Shown here: in pieces, positions 36,395 through 48,497 of the stretch
How the letters are laid out: every line of letters begins with the position of its first letter
How positions within the stretch are numbered: position 1 is the first letter of the stretch
Source of the DNA: Curvularia clavata
Taxonomy: Eukaryota
Direction of reading: 5' to 3'
Length of the DNA: 64,000 nt
Assembly (NCBI GenBank): GCA_023920165.1
Contig: CP089279.1
Span: forward strand, 1,550,001-1,614,000
Notes under the pieces: model-generated
The model's database searches: none
Told to the model about the DNA's origin: nothing
Seen by the model: the letters and a program-made list of their open reading frames with translations, nothing else
Translations under genes and position numbers: made by a program

Positions 36395-38095
36395 ATGTTC
36401 CGAGGCGCAACCAAGCTCCGCGCTGCCGAGGCCGGAGCATTACGCTCACTGGCACATGCGAAGGCCAGCAGCCCCTCATTCTGCTGCGCCCGCAATGCGC
36501 GTCTGCTCTCCACCACCAGAGCCTCGCCCATAAAGGCCCAATCCTACTTCCAGCGCCGCCAGTTCAGCGCCACCACCGCCGCCATGTCCAGCACCAGAAC
36601 CGAGAGCGATGCCTTTGGCGAGATCCAGGTCCCCGCAGACAAGTACTGGGGAGCCCAGACTGAGCGCTCCCTCGAGAACTTCCGCATCAACCAGCCCCAG
36701 GACCGCATGCCCCCGCCCATTGTGCGTGCCTTTGGTATCCTCAAGGGCGCCGCTGCGACAGTCAACATGAAGTTTGGGCTGGGTACGGTGCATGGATAGA
36801 GTGCGAGGCTGCAGTGCTAACGCTACAACAGATCCCAAGCTCGGAAAGGCTATCCAGCAAGCTGCTGAGGAGGTTGCATCCCTTAAGCTCATCGACCACT
36901 TCCCCCTTGTCGTCTGGCAGACTGGTTCCGGCACACAGTCCAACATGAACGCCAACGAAGTCATCTCGAACCGCGCCATTGAGATCCTCGGTGGCACAAT
37001 GGGCACCAAGAAGCCTGTCCACCCCAACGACCACGTCAACATGTCTGCCTCGTCCAACGATACCTTCCCCACCGTCATGCACATTGCCGCCGTTCTCGAC
37101 TTTGAGGAGTCGCTCCTCCCTGCCCTCACTAGCCTGCGGGACGCGCTGAAGAAGAAGGCCGACCAGTGGGAAAAGCTGATCAAGATTGGAAGGACACACT
37201 TGCAGGATGCCACACCTCTGACACTAGGTCAGGAGTTCTCCGGTTACGTCCAACAACTTGACTTTGGCATTGAGCGCATAAAGACGTGCCTGCCCCGCCT
37301 CAAGATGCTCGCCCAGGGAGGAACCGCTGTCGGTACCGGAATCAACACCTTCAAGGGATTCGCCGAGGACATTGCCGCCGAGGTTAGCAAGATGACTGGC
37401 AAAGACTTTGTCACCGCCCCCAACAAGTTTGAGGCTCTCGCTGCTCACGACGCCATTGTAGAGGCCCACGGCCAGCTCAACACCCTGGCTACCTCGCTTT
37501 TCAAGATTGCCCAAGATATCCGCTTCCTCGGCTCCGGTCCCCGTTGCGGTCTGGGTGAACTCAAGCTGCCCGAGAACGAGCCCGGTTCTTCTATCATGCC
37601 TGGAAAGGTTAACCCCACACAGTGCGAATCCCTCACCATGGTCTGCGCCCAGGTTTTCGGTAACCAGGCCGCTACCACCTTTGCCGGATCCCAGGGTAAC
37701 TTTGAGCTCAACGTCTTCAAGCCCGTCATGATCCGCAACCTGCTGCACAGCTCGCGCCTCCTTGCTGATGGCATGAGGAGTTTCGAGAAGAACCTTGTTG
37801 CTGGTCTGGAGGCCGATGAGAAGCGTATCAGCTCAATCATGAGCGAGAGGTGAGTCGGCCAATGTCTTCTGTTATCACAACAATACTGATTCAATCCAGT
37901 CTTATGCTTGTCACCTGCCTCAACCCTGTCATTGGCTACGACGCTGCTAGCAAGACTGCCAAGTACGCCCACAAGAACGGCACCACTCTCAAGGAGGCTG
38001 CTCTCAAGCTCGAGGTCATCAGCGAGGCCGACTTTGACAAGTATGTCCGACCAGAGCTTATGGTCAACCCTGCCGAGTACAAGCCCAAGAACTAG
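36395..38095 (+). CDS. FUM1: Fumarate hydratase, class II, with mitochondrial presequence
   Basis: ATG 36395 starts an Arg/Ser/Ala-rich presequence; a second in-frame ATG at 36584 gives [12 protein letters not shown]. Introns 36783..36831 and 37850..37899. Motifs [24 protein letters not shown] and signature [13 protein letters not shown]. Confidence 0.97.
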
Positions 38096-39061
38096 AGTTG
38101 TTGTGAAAATGATATCGAAAGTGAATAGTAAAAAAGTCAACAAAAGTAAATGCAATATACCTCTACATATGAATGAAAACAGCTGTACTAAGGCGAATGC
38201 TGTGCGCCCATGGATGAGAACCACTTGCGTAAATATCGAGTATAACATACATGCTACCGACAAGCTGGCGAGCAGATGAGGTCAATGTCAGTGCTAGAAT
38301 AAATCCACCTGACTCAGTGGAAAGTTTAGTCTACATGACGTTCTCCAGCCTACTGCAGGGCACACCACTATAGGTTAGAGCAACATAGGTATACCGTCTA
38401 CTACGCGCAGTCCAAGGAACTCCCAAGAATGAAAACTCGGGCGGTACATGCAGGTATATGTTAGTTCGAACCTATGTACGCTTCTACCTCTGACTCGCGC
38501 TAGGCTGTGCGGCTGTCAGGCGGGCTACTACTGCGTAGGTACGTGTGCTGAATACGTGCTTTGGTTAGTGCGACTCGGGGCGGTATGTAAGGCGGTGATG
38601 CTGGAGTAGTCTGCTTGGGGTTGAGGTGGAAGGTGCGAGCATATAGTATGAACAGAGTCCACAAGGCAGGTCGTCTTTATCGTGGAGCGGGCGATTGGGT
38701 TTGCGATTGAATTTATCTGATTTAGTGGGTGACATTAATTGAGTATCATCTCTTTGTTGATCCCCGTGGTTGGAGTATGGGTTGCTGATAATTTGAATAG
38801 CCCTACGTCCATATACGCTTCGCAGTGCGATAGGCAGAGAGACTTGACCAACAATTTCCATTCGTTCATCCAGAAGAAGACAAGTGCCGAGAAGAGGAAG
38901 CTACGCACCAGTCTCTCTTTTACTTCTCTCATCGACTCACGTGACGAGAGACAAAGTCACATGACTATATGTCATGTGATCTTGTGCCATGATGGAGGGA
39001 ATATTGAAGCTCCCACGAGAATTGACAGAGGTCTTGTAACATTATCCTATGTATATCCATT

Positions 39062-39180
39062 ACATACGACCATAGGCTCGAGGAAGCAGGATTCCCCGTT
39101 CGATCAATCATACTTAAGCTCGAGACCGGTGGACTAGTAGTCAGGTGGGTGACCACTGGCGAATCCCCACTGTCGTATGT
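39062..39180 (+). rRNA. Dispersed 5S rRNA gene (variant type)
   Basis: 119 nt from ACATACGACCATAGG to CTGTCGTATGT with paired termini. Contains the conserved CCCGTTCGATC, TACTTAAG and TAGTAGTCAGGTGGGTGACCACTGGCGAATCC segments. Immediately followed by T-runs. Confidence 0.93.
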
Positions 39181-39193
39181 TTTTTGTTTTTTT
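39180..39193 (+). terminator. RNA polymerase III terminator (T-runs) of the 5S gene
   Basis: TTTTTTGTTTTTTT directly after the 5S 3' end. Confidence 0.8.
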
Positions 39194-41456
39194 GGCTGTG
39201 TTGTGCTGCTCGATCACGTGCACGCTGATCGGACGTGGTGGCATATCGAGGTTTTCAGTTGATACTTTTTGCACAGTACAACTTCCTAAGTCTGACACCC
39301 ACTCAACCCGACTGCTTGTGTCAAGAAGCACCCCGAGCGCAGTGATCTTGGTGGGTGGTCGGGTCGTATGCATCATGTCTAGAGCATATACCGAAATCAC
39401 ATGTTTGATCTAGAGAATCAGGCCGTACGCCGATGAACAGATACCGTAGCAGTACCTTGATTTAAGAAATCTACAACACTATTTAGACAGAGCTTTGTTC
39501 TCTGTCCCAAGACCTACACCGCTTCGCACAGTCTTAGCATCTCACTTTGTGAGCAGCTTGTTCGGTCTTGACCTCGGTCGTCCAGCAAACCAAGTACCGA
39601 AGCATCTTGGAGTTTGTCCACGCGACGTGCCGACTGTAGCCTCCGGGCTTGGTTGCACGGATACCTTATCCGCTTCTTGACTGGCATTGGTATATATCAA
39701 ACTAATCTCTGCCCCTCAGGTAACCCCAGAATCGCACCTCCCAGTGAATCGACATCCCCGAGGAAGTGTTCGTCATTGTTGGGACCACAATATTCTCTAG
39801 CCTGTCCCTTCAGTCGGGTGGATTGAAGCTCAACAACGCACGGCTACGTCCAGGTATCTGGTTAAACGGTCTACTCCACAGTCCCCATGGGGCCCCGTCT
39901 CGCGCTTCACGAGAGATCGTCGCTGTCACCATCGCCATTGCCTTCGCATCCACTCCGGCCGAGAAACCCTCATAACAAGAGAATCAACCCGAACCGTTCT
40001 CTAGAGCCCGAAGTCTTCAAAGTAATCGATAACATAACACGAGAGCGGGCATTGCACCGCCGCATACATGCTGCCCAATTGGCCATCTGCTAGTTTTCAG
40101 TGACATAGCTCATAGCTATCATCACCATCAACTACCGCAAACTGGACCCGTAATCCCCCGTGAAGATACCGAGAAAGTTTGGCGCCAGGCGTGATAGTTC
40201 AGCCAAGCTGTTTTCTATTCCGCGGTCAGACTTGGCGACAACATGATTGGCTCTCTCCACAGCGGAAGACGGTCGTCCTTGGCAATAGTCTCGAGACGAA
40301 GTCATCCAGCTCTGCTTTTACAAGCGCTTGTCTTCCAACACGCGACTAAACTGCAGTGCGGCTGAGAAACCATGCACCAACCAAGCGCTTGGCACCTCAG
40401 TTATGCAACGGAGCCCACCACCGGCCCTAATTTCCCCGCAGTGTGACTAGGGCAAGATCTTGGGGATCTTGGACCTGATCTGGGCCTACTTGGCCTAGGC
40501 CTTAGTCGAGACACTCAGTTGGTTTTCCCTGCTACCAGGTAACCGACCTCGCAAAACACCAAGGGTTTGTGGGCCTGCTAAGCTACTTGTCTCTGCGACA
40601 AGACCACATAAGTCCAGGGTTATTCTAGGCATCTGACCGGAATCGGTCACGAGCGTTGACTGAGACGCCGTTGGCGGAAAGCTCAGCAAGGAAGGCTCTG
40701 CGCACCTTGCGGGTTACCTCACCGGGATAGCATCTATCTTGGTTGCAAAGTCAGTGAGTCGTGTTTGAGGAAAGTTTGGTCTTCTGAGAAAACTTGTTCG
40801 ATATGGATTTGCATCGAAGATCAAGCCAATTGCGTGGAATCGTCATAGCCGCTGACGCTCCATTCACATTGTAGAGCATTGGTTTCCTTTACACCGGACG
40901 CGATATCTCTGGTTATTGGATATTGCTGGGTTGTCCCGCCATAGCTGTCGGATGTGGGGAGGTGACTAGCGATGCCCAGCTTCTAAGGCAGACCATGCTC
41001 CGACCCTTTACAGACTTCAATTGCGTACCTGCGATTCGGAGTCGGGACTCCTACCCAATCACTACGGCTTGACACTAGGCAGTTGCCGTTCGGGGACCCC
41101 GCACCCCAGTCTGACCACACCAGTAGCCTCAAACATGTTCCAAGGCGGCCGGAAGAAGTGTTCTTGGGTGGCTTGGAAAACATGCACGCGCGGAAGTACC
41201 TTGACCAGGTCGTGTGTTTTCGGAAGGGGGTGGTGGTTAGTGATGATCAGAGGCAATATGCATTTTCAACCCCACAGTGAGGCGTTGGCCTGACATATAA
41301 GAGAATGGGACCACGACCCCAGATTCCTGCTTCTCCAGGACATCCAGTTCACTGTCTGGTGGTCCAACAGCATTCTGTCCATACATCTTTCTACCTGATA
41401 TTCCTGTATAACTACATACCAGTATCTTCACTGAGGCCTCGACACAAACCGCCACG

Positions 41457-43031
41457 ATGCAGGAAACCAAGAAAGACCCTGCCATCATGTTGGAGCGAGC
41501 TCAGACTCATGATGACGAGCCCGTAAAGCCCATCCCGGCAGTTACGAAGGTGGATTATTCAGGAGCCCACGAAAAGACGGACCCACGAGAAATCGCACTC
41601 GTCCGCAAGCTGGATAAATGGATTATGCCAATGCTATGGAGTATGTACTGGCTTAACTACCTTGATAGAAACGCAATTGCACTGGCACGTATCGATAACC
41701 TGGAAAAGGATCTCAACCTCACCAGCACCCAGTATCAAACATGCGTCAGCATCCTCTTTGTGGGATACCTTCTTGGCCAGATCCCCAGTAACATGTTTCT
41801 CAACCGCACACGACCATCTCGCTACATGGGAATCTGTATGGCTCTGTGGGCTGTCGTCTCAGCCCTCACCGCCCTATCCAAAGACTTCACCGGTCTTCTC
41901 CTTACCCGCTTCTTCCTCGGTATCACAGAAGCTCCCTACTACCCTGGTGCTGTGTACCTCCTCTCCATGTTCTACACTCGTAAGGAGGTTGCTACGCGTA
42001 TCGCTATCCTGTACACTGGCAACATTCTCGCCACCGCTTTCGCCGGCTTGATCGCTGCTGGCATCTTCCACGGTCTGAGCGACGTCGGCGGCATCAGCGG
42101 CTGGAAATGGCTGTTCATCCTACAAGGAGCTGTGACTTTTGTCATCGCTATTGCTGGTTACTTTTTACTGCCAGATTTCCCACACAACACGTGGTGGTTG
42201 ACCCAAGAGGAGCGCGATCTTGCCACCAACCGCATGGCCATGGATACTGTTGGCAACAAGGGTGAAACATCTGTCTGGGTCGGTTTCCGCCAGGCCGGAA
42301 AGGACCCCATGGTCTGGATCTTCGCTTTCATGGCACACATGCATTTGGCTGCTAATGGTATGTACAAAACACCTAATTCTCATCCATGAAAAAGCACCAT
42401 GGACTAACACTTCTCCCTTACAGGTTTCAAGAACTTCTTCCCCACTGTCGTTCAAACTCTCGGCTTCAGCCCAACCATCACTCTCGTCCTAACATGCCCA
42501 CCCTACCTCATCGCCGGTGCCGTCACCATCCTCGTGTCCTGGTCCTCTGGCAAGTTCAACGAGAGGACCTGGCACATTACCATTTCCAAGTCCGTCGCCA
42601 CTTTTGGTTTCGGACTTGCATGTGCCGACATTGGCGTTGCGGGCCGCTACGTAGCTATGGTCATTTTCACTATTGGCACGTATGGCGTCAACTCACTGAT
42701 TCTGGGCTGGTGCGGATCGACTTGTGGACAGACACCTGAGAAGAAGGCTGTTGCTATTGGTATTGTGACGACTGTTATGAATGCGTCGTTTATCTGGTAA
42801 GACTCTCCCTTATATATGTTATGAGGAACAATCCAACTAACGAAATCCACTAGGACGCCCTACTTGTGGCCCAAGTCCGACGAACCTAAGTACGTGATTG
42901 CGCTGAGTTCGTCCGCCGCGTTCTCCGTCATGACTGCACTGGTGGCTTGGCTCGCTAAGATCCTCTTCCTGCGCAAGAACAAGCAGATTCGTGAGCAGGA
43001 TAGTGATGCACAGAACTTTTACGTCTACTAG
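41457..43031 (+). CDS. MFS transporter, anion:cation symporter (DAL5/TNA1-like) family
   Basis: Motifs LVRKLD..IMP, NYLDRNAI, GQIPSN, RFFLGITEAP, YTRKE, GWKWLFILQG, LPDFP and WWLTQEE. Introns 42358..42423 and 42797..42853. Ends NFYVY*. Confidence 0.92.
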
Positions 43032-44011
43032 AGATGCTGGACCTGAGAGAGGAAAAACAAACAAAGGAAAGAGACACTGGGTTACTGCGAGAGCCAGAGA
43101 GAAACAGAGCAGGAAAGCAGAGGTTTCAGTACATTGTATGCTTTGCTTTCTGTTGCTGAGTATTCTTGATTTGTCCATAACAAAACGAAATAATGAGAAA
43201 TGAATTTTAATCACACTGTGCATTCTACATGGGATTATATTCATTCTGTGATAAGCTCGATGTTAGTAAGACAAACATGACAGGAAAAGGAGTATGTTGC
43301 ATATATAATTATGCTGTGAACAACATCCACCGCCGTATTTCCAAGACCCCGCTTCTACTGTCTCCTCGGGTCCACCTTCTGTATACGGAGCACTAGCCTA
43401 GTCCTAAAGCGCACAAAGGCGCAAACACCTGTTCTGCGTAACCAGCAAAACACGCATTTTAGGCAGCCATTTAAAAAAAACAAGGGGGAGGCTTGTACGT
43501 TTGGAGGTAGTTGTGGCTCCAGTTTTCTTAGTCCAACGAATCGGATGAGTGAGTTATGAGGGCGGCTGGGTTGGCTTGGTGCGGGGCGACGCGGTTCATA
43601 AGAAGGTGTGAGGTATATATAAGACCGTGTGATAGGGAACGTGTGTGCCAGTCTGATTCATGCTTTTTCATCACGGATAAGATGGGTGTAGTCCGGATAG
43701 ATGGTATTCAAATTCGATTCTTAGAAAAGCTATAATTAAGCGGCTCAGTGGGAAGAGTCGGGCAGGGGAAGAAGGACAAAGAGCGGGGATACTCCAGGCA
43801 TCAGCGTAAAGAGAAGCGCTAGGCAAGAGAGGGGAAAGAGGTATTGTGCAGAGTCGAAAAAAATTCCAGAAAAACGCCGGGGCTATGCTTTTTAAAGTGT
43901 CCATGGTATGCCAATCTGTGGACGATCACCGAAGAAGAGATGCGGGAGGACTGAAAGAGAAAGAACAAGGAAGAAAGCCAATAGGGACCAGTGTCGGGGT
44001 AGGGTGTAAGA

Positions 44012-44839
44012 TCAAGGTTGACGAGATGCTGGCTGTCGCGCCACCCTGACATGCTGCGTCCGATGTGGTCTTCCACCTCTCTCTCGTCGCCGTCCGCCCG
44101 TCTCGACGTAATTTCCTGGTGGGTGGTTCAGATTGTGGTTACCAGCCTTGAGCTCCTTCAGATCTTCAGTGTCAATCAAACGTCGTTGCCATAAGTACTC
44201 GAAGAGTTCAAAATCAGGCCGACTGGTCCGCAGCGTCTGGCCATACATGACGTGGTGGGATGCGACATGGTGCATGCGCATTGCCCAGACTACGTGGCCG
44301 CCGCTGCTTTCGCACGTGTGTGCAGTCCATTCGCATAATGGGCATTGCACTTTCAGAGGGGGTTCCTCGCCGCGGAAATGGGACAGGCAATGTCTCTCCC
44401 ACTCGTCCTGGTTGTATGAGACGTAGGAGCAGTCTAGGAACCAAAAAGCACACTCGTACATGGGCGCTCTGGTCTGGCCTTGGGGTATCTCGAGCACGCC
44501 CTCGTGGCCCTCATCGAGCAGGGGAAAGCCAGCCAGATGATTGACGAGGCCGGTGCTTATGCTTGTCTCTGTTGGGGTCGCTTCGGTGCAGCACGAGTGC
44601 AGTGATGGAGGGCTGTAGGTCGAGGTATTGGACTGGTGGATAAGAGCGGGCGCCATGGACGATACGCTCTTGGCCGCCTCGGATTCAAGTGCCCGACTGG
44701 CCGTGTCTGGGTCGTGGGAACGGTGCACGTATTGCTCTCCAATATGTACCAATCGAGCGGAAAGATCTGGTTGCTGGACCCAGTCATGGAGGGTCGGTGT
44801 TACACCACGGTCGCGTTGTCGAAGTGCTGCCAAAGACAT
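44012..44839 (-). CDS. Hypothetical protein with two degenerate C2H2-like zinc-finger motifs
   Basis: ATG 44839 in strong context (CACCACCATG). Probable 5'UTR intron 44988..44867. Motifs YECAFWFLDC...WERHCLSH and CPLC...RMHHVASHH, followed by RPDFELFEYLW. Confidence 0.7.
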   Translation of the reverse strand: MSLAALRQRDRGVTPTLHDWVQQPDLSARLVHIGEQYVHRSHDPDTASRALESEAAKSVSSMAPALIHQSNTSTYSPPSLHSCCTEATPTETSISTGLVNHLAGFPLLDEGHEGVLEIPQGQTRAPMYECAFWFLDCSYVSYNQDEWERHCLSHFRGEEPPLKVQCPLCEWTAHTCESSGGHVVWAMRMHHVASHHVMYGQTLRTSRPDFELFEYLWQRRLIDTEDLKELKAGNHNLNHPPGNYVETGGRRRERGGRPHRTQHVRVARQPASRQP

Positions 44840-46333
44840 GGTGGTGGGACTTGCGGGGTTCGCTGGCTGTGGCGCATGCAGCATCAGCCTCAATCTCCCA
44901 GAAATGATTGGATAGAGGGACAGGCAAAAGGCGTCTCATAGCCTTGCGAACGAGGCAGGTAAGGCGGTGCACGCGAATCAGGACTCACTGGATGTTCACA
45001 GGGCTGCAAGCTGTGCACGCAGCACCAAGCTGGAGAGAGATGGGTGGAGGGTAGGGCTTAGCGTGCGTGTGTCTGTGGGGTTTATCCGTTGGCGTCGAGA
45101 CCAAAATAGTTTGACAGATACAGTCACCAACAACGAGCAGAGAGACGGCGTTCTTATGTCCCCGGTCTTGGGGTGTGTGTGTGCAGAGATAATGAGTGGG
45201 TGGAATGCGGCTCTGCGGTGACCGCCATTGCTCCTATCCTCGCACCCCACCACACCTTGACTGCCAACTGTCTATCACGAACGACATCGATAAGCCAAAC
45301 CACGGCAACGGCGTCACGCCTATACTCGATCAACCCGCCTTGCTGCCAACGAGACCAATTGATTGGGCCGGGAGCTTGCAGGTGACGGCTGTCGGCAGAA
45401 GTGGGGGACGCCTCTGGACAACCGAACACCCTTCCCCGCTGCCCTGCGCCACACGGCCGACCGCCATTACGTCGCTGTCTGTCGCTATATTTTCGTCGCA
45501 TGTATGGTGCTTTTGTCGGTGTGCCATGATACGACTGGTAGCCCTCAGCCACGGTGGTGGGCTTGGCATATGTAGAGCTACTGCACACTACATTACGGCC
45601 GTGGAGTCCAAATTAGACATGTATCTACTTGTACAAGTACACCAATATCGAGCACACCCTCGGTCTGTCCCAGCAATACCAAGTCTACGCTCCAGTACCA
45701 CGGCGATGGCAACGTCGTGCCCGCGGAACATGCTGAGACCACAGCGGACAAATACGTGACTGGCGCTTGGCGCCTTTATCCGCGTTTCATGCGCGTCCGA
45801 TCTTTGCTGCTTCAAGCAACCTGCGACATAAACCGAGCACAAGACCATTGCGCATACGTAGCCTGCTCACATCCTGCTCCATCACTGTCTGCTGCCGTTC
45901 CTCATGTTCAGCACTGAACCTTTCTTGTGAACTGCTTGTCCACCCAGTCCCGACTCGCCTGGCACGGCACCGGCCGTCCAAGATCCTGCCATCTCGACGC
46001 TACCGTCTCAGGCCCTTGTGTCGGGACAACTGGTTGTCACGGCGCCGCTTAGCACCCCCCATAAAACTGGAGAACAGCCTTGCATTGCAGCCGCAGATGC
46101 CCCTTCATGCGCATGGGCACTTTTCCGCCAGCCGCCATAGTATCTGCGGTACCCTGGAAGCACGCACTTCTCCCCTAGCTTGGGTTTCCGCCTGACAACC
46201 GTCTTCGTCGCTGCAGTCGTAATCCTCTGTTGCTCTACAAGAACAAGATCTGCAGCACTCCCATGCCCATAACACGCGTGAACACCAAACGGAAATATCG
46301 ATCGACCCGACGGCTGCCCACCGCCTGGGCGAC

Positions 46334-47559
46334 ATGCTCACACTCGCCTCGCTCCTCAGTCTTCCTCCTGTCCTCCTCAGCCTCCTCGTCACACACGTAC
46401 ACGCTTCTCCAGATGGCGTCATTGGCGACGACAAGCAATCCGGAAGGCTCACGTTCGCAACCGCCTTGACCGGCGGCGAGGGCTGTGATCTGTCCGAGAT
46501 AGACGACATTCGCGATGGCTTCGCCGAGATGACAGCTCTGTTCGCCGCTGCTACACCCTTTGATCTGACCTCGCAGCCGGCGCGAGAATTCTTCGGCCCT
46601 TCGATAGCAGCAAACTACACAGACATGATTGCCGAGAGCCTACAACGAGCGGCAAACTATGGATTGCTGCGCGGTAGCGACGGCGCCATCAACTCTGACA
46701 TCCACATACGATGCGACGACCCAATGCACCTGTGTGATAGAGGAAACAGGCGCGATGGCAGCCACGCCGCCTACAACATCGGGAATGAACCGCACATTGT
46801 CTTTTGCTCCGACTACTTTCGCATGGACCCGCTCCAAGCGCGTGTCAACAACAAGGCCGAAGACCAGATCCTGAAAGATCGGTTGATGGAGTACTACAAC
46901 CGGGCTTCGCTTTGGGCACGCATGGTGATGCATTTTTCCAACATCGGTACCGCAGTCGTCCAGCGACCCATCCCGGCGCCTCCAAACTCAACCACAGAAT
47001 GGCTCATAGACTCCTCGGAAGGTGCAATGAACACTTCGGTACTTGCTGGCGTGCTTAATGAACAAGGCGATGGCCCCGCCGACCGCCAGACCCTCAAGTA
47101 CGCATACGGCGCCACGCGCGCCAAGCTGCTGGCTGTTCTCTCCACGCAGATGCCATATGATGCAGCGAACAATGCAGAGAACTACGCTCTGTATGCCCTC
47201 GCACAATACATTATCAAGCACAAGCAGTTTTATCCGGCAGTCCCGATTATGGATTTCCCGAATGAAGCAAGTGTGCTTACCAATGAGAATCTGCAGGACG
47301 GAGAGAGGTGCAAATATGCCTTTTTTGACATGTCGGATGTCGTGTAAGTTCTCAGATCCCGCCTTTCATCTCAGTTGAAAAGTGTTTCAGACGTGTCAGT
47401 ATCACTAATATGATAAATAGTCCAAGACCATCGAGCATGGAACTCAAAGGTGCACCATTGCCTTCTGCCGGCTCCTCCACTCATACTTTATCATCCATGA
47501 TATTAGGCATGACTGGCGCTGTCCTGTTTTACGCCTTCATGACTACTTCGATCGGATGA
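46334..47559 (+). CDS. Secreted, probably GPI-anchored zincin/M35-like protein lacking HExxH
   Basis: Signal peptide MLTLASLLSLPPVLLSLLVTHVHA. Motifs IVFCSDYF, YAYGATRAKLLA and NNAENYALYALAQY. Intron 47344..47420 (GTAAGT...CTAAT...TAG) adds PRPSSMELKGAPLPSAGSSTHTLSSMILGMTGAVLFYAFMTTSIG*. Confidence 0.75.
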
Positions 47560-48497
47560 AGCGATGGAAATATACGACAACCCTGCCACGCTTCCATGAA
47601 GTAGAGCACGGATAGATTTTCCTTCAGCAGACGCGCATAGGACTAGAGTCATGCATGCTCTTCAGACCTTATTCCATTCATTAGATCTTACGTACGATGG
47701 GTGACAAGGATTGCCCGGCTAGTCGATGGTGGGCAGACATCAGATGATGCAACATGGTCCTGGATAAGTACCCATCCTTGTACCTGGACTGAGATCATCC
47801 CACCCGGCCCATCTCCCTTGGTAGTGCTCTGCCGATTTGTAGATATATGACCAGATCGCATTGAGGTGCAAGCCAGGATTGGTGGCTACGTTTGAACTAC
47901 CTTGGCGGATGGAGTCGCGAGTCACTGAGATACTAAGAGGTTTTGGGTGACAGGAAACTAATATTGGTTCCGCAATTGCATTGGAGGACCGAAATTCCTG
48001 ACTGCAATCTGCAGGTTGGTTAGTTGGACAGCGGAAGTAGACATCAGCTGGCGTAGACGTCTTTGACTCTGATGTACTTGCCTGAAACGGCGGATCCAAT
48101 TTTTACCACAATAGCAATAACAATAATAATAATATGAATCAAACCACAAGCCTATAACTAGACAGCATTGTATTGTGGATTATGCGCGTCCGTCCCGTTC
48201 AGTCTAAGTTGGCGTTTTGCTTTTCGTAAAGTTGTGGTAAAGTAGCACCATTAAGCTTCCGCTTCGTGTCTTCATCAGTCAGTGCTACATGCTACCATTG
48301 TAGCTAGGAGGCATAGTAGCTTAGATCGCTAGTGGTTTCCCAGGCCTCTTGTGCCGAAATGATTGTTGCACAGCCTTAGGGCGATCGACACCTCAGGTGT
48401 TGATATATTCTACTCCACAACACTTCTGGCCAGAGAGAACAAGGTCGAAGCCCAGAGGTCTCGAATCTATCAGACTGCAAGGTGCAAGGCTAGCCTT

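Noticed and set aside
38330..38660. Segment that looks rich in TA/TAG/TAC, suggesting a RIP-mutated relic
   Set aside because: It is not AT-rich overall, and I saw no terminal repeats, target-site duplication or transposase/RT remnants.
39400..41300. Long gene-free stretch with short ORFs and fragments that vaguely look coding (e.g. minus-strand SIHW, GAILGLPEG)
   Set aside because: All frames I read are interrupted, and I could not recognise any family or a consistent splice model. It may be a decayed gene or just the MFS promoter; a tBLASTx search is needed.
47740..48099. 119-aa minus-strand ORF between the zincin-like and RnpA-like genes
   Set aside because: It has a non-ATG start, no motifs and no evident codon bias or splice support.
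48105..48135. Imperfect (CAATAA/AAT)n microsatellite
   Set aside because: Short and intergenic. It is not a CRISPR-like or otherwise structured array.
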